A stretch of DNA of 64,000 nt from an uncultured Candidatus Saccharibacteria bacterium (GTDB lineage Bacteria; Patescibacteriota; CALEFQ01; G965231055). This document shows, piece after piece, positions 58,015 through 64,000 of this stretch. A model generated the notes under the pieces. That model had not been told where the DNA came from and made no database searches. It saw only the letters and a list, made by a program, of their open reading frames with translations. The position numbers were made by a program, and so were the translations under genes. The stretch lies in the NCBI GenBank assembly GCA_965231055.1, contig OZ246411.1:180711-244710 (forward strand). The letters run 5' to 3'. The first letter of the stretch is position 1, and each line of letters opens with the position of its first letter.

Positions 58015-59118
58015 TTATTGCTTAATGGGCATAATAATATAAATATAACTTTTATCCCCCTCTCCCCTAATCATTCCTGGCATAGAATTTCCGCTAATCC
58101 CAAGCTCAACAATCTCTTCGTCTATAACAGATAGTCCTTCCAAAAGATATTTGTAATTAAAAGTTATTTCTGTGTTTTCGCCTTTGTTTTTACAAGGTAT
58201 TTTAGCTTCACTCTTTCCTATGCTTTCAGTAGCGGCGGATATTTTCAGGGTATTGCTTTCTAGGTCGGTTTCTATTTTTATATCACTCACGCCTGCTTTG
58301 GAAAAAAGACTGGTAGTTTTTATCGTATTTATCAAAACGCCTCTTTCCACAAACACAGACGTAGTTGAACTTGCTGGGATTATTTGAATATAATCTGGAA
58401 ATTTTCCATCAACCAATCTAGAAGTAATAATAACATCTTCGAATGAGAACATCACCTGATTTTCTGTGGCTCTTATTTTTACGCTTCCTTCTTTTTCGGA
58501 TAAAACCCTTTCTAGCGCCCTCATTGTTTTAGCTGGGATAATCATCGCTATCTTTGTTTTAGAGGCCACAGGAAGCTTATATCGGAACTCTGCTAGTCTA
58601 TAGCTATCAGTAGAAGCCAAGACCAATTGATCGCCCTCTAAAGCGAAATAAACGCCTGCTATTTCTGGTCTCGAAAAATCATTAGCTACGGCGAATACTG
58701 TTTTCTTTATCGCTTCAAGTAAAATTCTGCAATCAACCTCAAAAGATGTTCCGTCTTTAATTTCAGGTATAAGCGGAAACTCTTCTGGAGATATTCCGGA
58801 AAATGTAGTGGAGTTATTAGCGCTAGAAACAGACAAAACCAAGTCAGTGCAAGAAAGACCAAGTTTTTCATCGCGAATAGAGCTCACATATTGCATCAGA
58901 AGCTTGGCTGGAATAGTTATACTTCCTTCTTGTTCAATTTTACCTGAAACAAAACAATTAATTCCTACTTCGAGATCTGTAGCTGATAGTTTGAGTTGTC
59001 CGTTTTCTGTTTTAAGCAAAACATTTGCGAGTACGGGTAGTGCCGCATCTTGGGTAGGTGTATTTCCCAAAATCTGTAATCCTTTATTTAGGTTTTCCTT
59101 TATACACAGAAATTTCAT
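58015..59118 (-). CDS. dnaN: DNA polymerase III beta sliding clamp
   Basis: MKFLCIKENLNKGLQILGN...LKLSATDLEVGI. Confidence 0.85.
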   Translation of the reverse strand: MKFLCIKENLNKGLQILGNTPTQDAALPVLANVLLKTENGQLKLSATDLEVGINCFVSGKIEQEGSITIPAKLLMQYVSSIRDEKLGLSCTDLVLSVSSANNSTTFSGISPEEFPLIPEIKDGTSFEVDCRILLEAIKKTVFAVANDFSRPEIAGVYFALEGDQLVLASTDSYRLAEFRYKLPVASKTKIAMIIPAKTMRALERVLSEKEGSVKIRATENQVMFSFEDVIITSRLVDGKFPDYIQIIPASSTTSVFVERGVLINTIKTTSLFSKAGVSDIKIETDLESNTLKISAATESIGKSEAKIPCKNKGENTEITFNYKYLLEGLSVIDEEIVELGISGNSMPGMIRGEGDKSYIYIIMPIKQ

Positions 59119-59359
59119 AAGTTATCGTTAGTTATATTTATATATACTATTACTCTTGTTATAGAGAGAAATTTTGTTGATAAGTGTTTATAGTGTTTAT
59201 AGCTAGGCAAGGAAACGATTTGGTATTCTGTTGATAAGCCCTTACTTGGTTGTTGATTCTTTAGGATAACTTTTCTAAAGAAATTTTTATTGCTTATTTG
59301 TTAACTTTGTTTTCACTTGGTGTCGACATGTTTATACATGTCTTTTCCACAAGAAAGAA
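59119..59359. promoter_or_regulatory. Candidate oriC segment (dnaA-dnaN spacer) with DnaA-box-like 9-mers
   Basis: TGTTGATAA at 59175-59183 and 59229-59237 (reverse complement TTATCAACA, one mismatch to TTATCCACA). TTTTCCACA at 59343-59351. The spacer is AT-rich. Confidence 0.4.
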
Positions 59360-60763
59360 CTACATATAAAGTTTTTGTTTGATTAATTCTATTTCTTGTT
59401 TTAGAGGATCATTAACTTCAAATTCTTTTCTGATTTTTTCATAAGCATGCATCGCGGTGGTGTGATCTCTTCCCCCTATGCTTTCTCCTATTGCTGGGAA
59501 ACTTGATTTTATCTCTTCTCGCATAAGAAACATTGCTATTTGTCTTGGCTGTACTATTTCTTTTTTTCTGCTCGCTCCCTCTAGCTCAGCTCTTTTAACA
59601 TCGTAAAAACTAGAAACAGCATCCAATATTTGTTTTATTGTTATTGCTTTATTCCTTGATCCTTTGGCGGTTGATAATACTCCTGAAATAAGATCTGGGG
59701 TTGGTATACATTTTTTGAAGTCACAGTGAGCTATTATTCTCTTTAGCGCGCCTTCCAGTTCTCTTATGTTTTGCTGAACATTTTCGGCTATCAACTGAAT
59801 CATGTCGTCTTCGATACTGAACTCTCTTTCTTTACATTTTTGCTTTAGGATTGCCATTCTGGTTTCTAGATCTGGTAGACTGATATCAGCTATCATTCCC
59901 GCTTCAAAGCGTGATTTTAGCCTATCTTCGAGGGTTGGAATGGCTTTTGGTGGTCTATCTGAGCTTAATATGATTTGTTTATCGGCTTGGTATAGGTCGT
60001 TGAAAATATGGAAAAATTCTTCTTGTGTTCTTGTTTTTCCAGACAAAAACTGAATATCATCAATTATAAATACATCTATGTCCATGTATTTATTTTTGAA
60101 GCTATCCATTTGTCTGTTTTGCAAGGAATCTATAAATCCTTTTGTAAATCTATCGCTTGAAACGTAAACAGTTTTTTTGTTTGGATATTTTTTAAGTATG
60201 TGATTACCCACAGCTTGAACTAAGTGAGTTTTTCCAAGCCCTACCCCACCATAAATAAACAGCGGGTTGTAATCGCTCCCAGGATTTTCAGCAACTGCCA
60301 AGCACGCTGCCTTAGCTAGTTCATTGTTTGATCCAACAACGAAATTTTCAAATATATATCTTGGATTTAGTCCTGTTTTTGGATCGAGTGATCCATTTGA
60401 AGATATTCTTGCTGTAAAAGATATTTTTTCTTCGATTATCTCGTTCTCAGTTTCTATGATTTCGTCTTTTTCTATTTCTATGATTTCCTGATTTTGAGTT
60501 TTGAGTATTTCTTCTAGGCTTCCTACTTTGTATTCAAGCGATTTTATTTTATTGTCTGTGATATTGTTAAGAGCTTTGTATATATCTTTCTGATATTTGT
60601 TTTTTAACCACTCCTCAGTAAAAATATTCGGCACCAATATAATAGCTGTGCCGTTTTTTATTTCTTTTATGGTTGTATTTTTGAACCAGGTTATAAAATT
60701 AGCTTTGCTAATGGAAAGTTCTAATTCTCCTAATACTGCTTGCCAAATTTGAGGGAGGTTCAT
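59360..60763 (-). CDS. dnaA: Chromosomal replication initiator DnaA
   Basis: Walker A GGVGLGKTHL, FIIDDIQFLSGK, and a C-terminal DNA-binding HTH ...GGRDHTTAMHA. Confidence 0.9.
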   Translation of the reverse strand: MNLPQIWQAVLGELELSISKANFITWFKNTTIKEIKNGTAIILVPNIFTEEWLKNKYQKDIYKALNNITDNKIKSLEYKVGSLEEILKTQNQEIIEIEKDEIIETENEIIEEKISFTARISSNGSLDPKTGLNPRYIFENFVVGSNNELAKAACLAVAENPGSDYNPLFIYGGVGLGKTHLVQAVGNHILKKYPNKKTVYVSSDRFTKGFIDSLQNRQMDSFKNKYMDIDVFIIDDIQFLSGKTRTQEEFFHIFNDLYQADKQIILSSDRPPKAIPTLEDRLKSRFEAGMIADISLPDLETRMAILKQKCKEREFSIEDDMIQLIAENVQQNIRELEGALKRIIAHCDFKKCIPTPDLISGVLSTAKGSRNKAITIKQILDAVSSFYDVKRAELEGASRKKEIVQPRQIAMFLMREEIKSSFPAIGESIGGRDHTTAMHAYEKIRKEFEVNDPLKQEIELIKQKLYM

Positions 60764-61076
60764 TTTTTATTTTTTATATTCGCTAAATAAAAATACAAAT
60801 GCAGAAAGTTTTTACTTATTACATTTGTATTTTTACTTTTTAACCCCTCTTGCTAGGGGTTTGCAATAATACAATGGCTTTAGTCGGGTGTTTTTTGTTT
60901 TAGAAACAAATTATATCACGATACGGCTTTCTTGTGGCTTAAACTAACTGTTTACAACATGTTTATAACCTGTGGATTGTTATACTACCACTTCTTTCGA
61001 TTGACGCAAGTGCTTTGAAATGTTAAACTAACCGCATTAATAAATAGTATATTTTATAATTTTTTAATTCAATCCC

Positions 61077-61223
61077 GTGGGAAAAAGACTAAAGCGCACA
61101 TATCAACCAAAAAAGAAAAAAAGAGCTAAAACACATGGATTTAGATCAAGAATGAGAACTCCTGGCGGAAAAAGAGTTTTGGCCAGAAGAAGGGCAAAAG
61201 GTAGAAAGAAATTAACTGCCTAG
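61077..61223 (+). CDS. rpmH: 50S ribosomal protein L34
   Basis: Translation from GTG gives [48 protein letters not shown]. Below the ORF-track size cut-off. Confidence 0.8.
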   Translation: MGKRLKRTYQPKKKKRAKTHGFRSRMRTPGGKRVLARRRAKGRKKLTA

Positions 61224-61229
61224 TTCCAA

Positions 61230-61628
61230 ATGAAACGAAAGCTTCAAAGACTAAAAGACTTTGAGATAAGACGATTTTTTAGGACCCGTATGGTTTATAA
61301 ACGTGCGGGTCTTAAATTCTTTGTTAAATACGCCAAAGAGGCCAAATCAAGATTTGTAATTGTCGTGCCCAAGACTTTTGATAAAAGGGCTTCTGAGAGA
61401 CACAAAATCGAACGCAAGATAAGAGAGTCAATAAACTCCATATACAAGAAATTGCCCAATATTGATTTTATTGTTATGGTTAATAAAGGAGCTCTCAAGT
61501 ATGATTACAAAGGACTTAAAAGTGAAATAAGCGATGTTTTACTTAAAAAATATAAAAAAGAGTCTGGTTTACATAATAAGGCTCTACCAAAAAACCATTT
61601 CTCCAGATCACGGATTTCTAAAACATAG
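61230..61628 (+). CDS. rnpA: RNase P protein component
   Basis: RNR-like motif KRASERHKIERKIRES. Confidence 0.7.
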   Translation: MKRKLQRLKDFEIRRFFRTRMVYKRAGLKFFVKYAKEAKSRFVIVVPKTFDKRASERHKIERKIRESINSIYKKLPNIDFIVMVNKGALKYDYKGLKSEISDVLLKKYKKESGLHNKALPKNHFSRSRISKT

Positions 61629-61782
61629 GCATCCTAACGGATTTTGCAGATACTACCCAAGCTGTTCCGAATACATGGTTAGGTCTCTACAGAAATTTGG
61701 CTTATTTAAAGGTTTTTTAAGGGGTTTGTATCGTATTTTGAGATGCAATCCTCTATCAAAGGGTGGAATTGATGAACCATAA
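61534..61782 (+). CDS. yidD: Membrane protein insertion efficiency factor YidD
   Basis: LYQKTISP...CRYYPSCSEY motif. Confidence 0.75.
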   Translation: MFYLKNIKKSLVYIIRLYQKTISPDHGFLKHRHPNGFCRYYPSCSEYMVRSLQKFGLFKGFLRGLYRILRCNPLSKGGIDEP

Positions 61783-61795
61783 CTAAATCAAACAA

Positions 61796-62566
61796 ATGGG
61801 AATTTCAGTAGTTTATATAGAGTTACTTTACAGGCCACTATTAAACCTAATGGTGTTTTTTTATAATTCTATCCCTGGTATGGATATCGGTTTGGCCGTA
61901 ATCGCCGTTACCTTGGCTGTAAAGTTTGTTTTATTACCTATGTCTAGAAAATCCATCAAATCGCAAAGAGCTTTACAGAAACTTCAACCAAAACTCAACG
62001 AAATAAAGAATAAGTTTAAAAATGATCCTGAAAAGCAGAGCAAGGAAATGATGAAGTTTTATCAAGAGAACAAGGTTAATCCTTTTTCCTCTTGTCTTCC
62101 CCTGCTAATTCAGTTGCCTATACTTTGGGCTCTTTATAGGGTTTTTAGAGACGGTATAAACAACGCAGAAGAGTTGAAATATCTATATAATTTTATATCA
62201 AATCCGGGATCGATAGATCACATGGCCTTCGGGATAATAGATTTCTCTCAGAGAAGCATAGTTTTGGCGATACTCGCTGGAGCTTTTCAGTTTATTCAGG
62301 GGTGGATGATGATAAAGAAAAATAAAAAGGAAAAAGCCAAAAACAATCAGCCAAACAAGATGGATGATATGGCTTCAGCTATGAATACCCAAATGACTTA
62401 TATGATGCCCTTGCTAACTATTTTCATTGCATGGACATTGCCTGCTGGATTGTCGTTCTATTGGATCATTACAACTGTTTTTGCAATAGTACAACAATGG
62501 TATATAATGAAAAAAGAACAAGAAAGCAATGGAACAAATATTGAACCCAGTAAAAAGCCTACTTAA
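61796..62566 (+). CDS. yidC: YidC/Oxa1-family membrane insertase (short form)
   Basis: ...LLPMSRKSIKSQRALQKLQPKLNEIKNKFKND...MMKFYQENKVNPFSSCLP. Confidence 0.85.
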   Translation: MGISVVYIELLYRPLLNLMVFFYNSIPGMDIGLAVIAVTLAVKFVLLPMSRKSIKSQRALQKLQPKLNEIKNKFKNDPEKQSKEMMKFYQENKVNPFSSCLPLLIQLPILWALYRVFRDGINNAEELKYLYNFISNPGSIDHMAFGIIDFSQRSIVLAILAGAFQFIQGWMMIKKNKKEKAKNNQPNKMDDMASAMNTQMTYMMPLLTIFIAWTLPAGLSFYWIITTVFAIVQQWYIMKKEQESNGTNIEPSKKPT

Positions 62567-63005
62567 ACAAACTACGGAAGAGTTACTTCGCTTGCTTTGC
62601 GTGAATGAATTTGAATTGGAAATCCTCGAAGAAGACGAGGGTTTTTTATTGACTATAAACACAAGCCCCACGGAGTCCAAGTTTCTAATAGGCCAATATG
62701 GAATAAATCTATCCTCGTTTCAGCATCTTCTCAGGGTTATTGTGAGAAAAAAGTCTCCTGAGAAAATAACTTTTTCCGTTGATATAGATGGTTATAAAAA
62801 GAATAGGTTGGAATACCTAAGAAACCTAGCTAGAAACGCCGTAGAGAGAGCTGTGAGGGAAAATAGCTACGTTGTGTTGGAACCTATGTCCCCTAGCGAT
62901 AGAAGAATAATACATATAGAACTTTCAAAAAATAATAGCGTAGTTACGGAAAGCATAGGAGAAGGAGAAACAAGGAGAGTATCAATCAAGCCCAATAAAC
63001 AATGA
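62529..63005 (+). CDS. khpB: Jag/KhpB RNA-binding protein (KH + R3H)
   Basis: C-terminal R3H ...EPMSPSDRRIIHIEL. Confidence 0.7.
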   Translation: MEQILNPVKSLLKQTTEELLRLLCVNEFELEILEEDEGFLLTINTSPTESKFLIGQYGINLSSFQHLLRVIVRKKSPEKITFSVDIDGYKKNRLEYLRNLARNAVERAVRENSYVVLEPMSPSDRRIIHIELSKNNSVVTESIGEGETRRVSIKPNKQ

Positions 63006-63511
63006 AACTAGGAATACAAGCCAGTAAATTACTAAAAACCCCCATTTATTTGGGGGATACTAGTTTTAAAAGGAAAATATTTCGTCTAGTTTTTAATCCT
63101 AGCGAGCTCAAGTTATTTGCAATGGGATACAAAGAAAACAGCATTGAATATTATGTAAAAACTTCTTCATTATACCTTTCCTCTTACGGCGTGAGTGCTA
63201 AAATTAGCGAAGTAGTAAAAAAAGAAGAGGACATAGCGCTTGAAGAGTTTTTGTCTCAAGATTGTCCCATCATAGGACAGAAAGTAAAAAATGAAGACGG
63301 TATTTTTCTTGGCAAAGTCAATGATCTTGTTTTGGATCTAGATACATTTTATATTCTGAACTTGGGTATAAAGGGAAAGAATGATCTTTTTATACATCGT
63401 AGCATGGTAAAGTCAGTAAGTTCCGAATACATAGTGGTAAAATCCACCAAACAAAAACGCAAAGCAAAAAATATTGATTTCAGTTTTGGTGTATCAAGCC
63501 AAGCCACGTAA
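63002..63511 (+). CDS. PRC-barrel domain protein
   Basis: GQKVKNEDGIFLGKVNDLVLDLDT (PRC-barrel signature). A terminator follows at 63511-63538. Confidence 0.5.
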   Translation: MKLGIQASKLLKTPIYLGDTSFKRKIFRLVFNPSELKLFAMGYKENSIEYYVKTSSLYLSSYGVSAKISEVVKKEEDIALEEFLSQDCPIIGQKVKNEDGIFLGKVNDLVLDLDTFYILNLGIKGKNDLFIHRSMVKSVSSEYIVVKSTKQKRKAKNIDFSFGVSSQAT

Positions 63512-63536
63512 AAACCGACTACTTAGTCGGTTTTTG

Positions 63537-64000
63537 TTATATCCCCTTTTCTATTTCTGCTCTTATGTACAATCTTTTTAGCGCAGTCCCAAGCGGATAA
63601 CAAGTAACTAGTGTAATAGATTCTTTATCCGTTTCTTCAAATATTTTTTCATCAGAGGGTGTTGTTACCTCTTTTTTTGTTACTTTGTATTTATATCGTC
63701 TAGTTATGTTTTCTATTGTTATTTCATCTCCAATTTCTATACCCTCAAGCGAAGCGAAAACAGTATCGTAATTACCTTTTCTAGAACCCCACCAGTATCC
63801 AGAGCTATGTCCAAAATACACCCCATTTCCCGATCCAGAGCCCGGAAAAGAGGTTTTGTAGGCGTGAGAGATACCATTTTTAAGATCTTCAAGTATTGCG
63901 CTATCCTCTGCTGTTTGAGTCCAAATAACAGGCGCTTCTATGCTCAAGCTAGATATTTTTATTGTAAAAGGATCCTCATTTATTATTGAGCTATTTTCCG
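63537..64000 (-). CDS. Sortase-family transpeptidase (C-terminal part; gene continues past the window end)
   Basis: ...VYFGHSSG... and ...LVTCYP (TLxTC-like), with a terminal R-containing strand. Confidence 0.55.
   Translation of the reverse strand, partial: ENSSIINEDPFTIKISSLSIEAPVIWTQTAEDSAILEDLKNGISHAYKTSFPGSGSGNGVYFGHSSGYWWGSRKGNYDTVFASLEGIEIGDEITIENITRRYKYKVTKKEVTTPSDEKIFEETDKESITLVTCYPLGTALKRLYIRAEIEKGI

Overview
The window is AT-rich and gene-dense, and looks like a small-genome, probably Patescibacteria/CPR-like bacterium; that assignment is inference only. The right third is the replication-origin neighbourhood: rpmH-rnpA-yidD-yidC-jag on the + strand, and dnaA-dnaN-(small Ca-binding ORF)-recF-DUF721 on the - strand. 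Housekeeping genes I recognise from the ORF translations: truncated polA, tsaE, a DnaQ-like exonuclease, uppP, a DHH phosphoesterase, pilB, valS, tsaD, rsmG, an RluA-family pseudouridine synthase, hsp20, a clpE-like ATPase, yebC, ruvC, tyrS, a class A PBP, an LCP protein and a sortase (truncated at the window end). There are also several secreted/membrane proteins: two FG-GAP repeat proteins, a VanW protein, PrsW, a TPR protein and a large internally duplicated protein. Accessory content: (1) a tRNA-Glu(UUC) gene at 18027-18104 followed by a ~4.6 kb island (18105-22696). The island is bounded distally by a partial copy of the tRNA 3' end and is internally structured by tandem att-like and terminator repeats. 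It has no integrase and carries two cargo modules: GNAT+HIT+unknown, and a tightly overlapping three-gene operon whose last gene is a wHTH-PLD(HKD-like) nuclease. Two ankyrin-repeat genes lie just beyond. (2) A six-gene operon at 42005-50302 encodes a membrane protein with a PKD ectodomain and a 7TM tail, a fusion of RimK-like ATP-grasp + retropepsin-like + QEGLA/DUF1704, a second ATP-grasp, and three tandem cyanophycin-synthetase-N-like ATP-grasp paralogues. I read this as an expanded, largely uncharacterised peptide-ligation system, and consider it the most interesting system in the window. (3) A divergent IS110-family-like recombinase gene (35654-36844) flanked on both sides by direct copies of composite hairpin repeats, next to a candidate structured ncRNA with tandem terminators. 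Regulatory elements supported by sequence: a perfect HrcA CIRCE plus a sigma70-like promoter upstream of the clpE-like gene, several rho-independent terminators, and DnaA-box-like 9-mers in the dnaA-dnaN spacer. No rRNA or CRISPR array is present. All calls come from by-eye motif recognition on the ORF translations; no database search was run.
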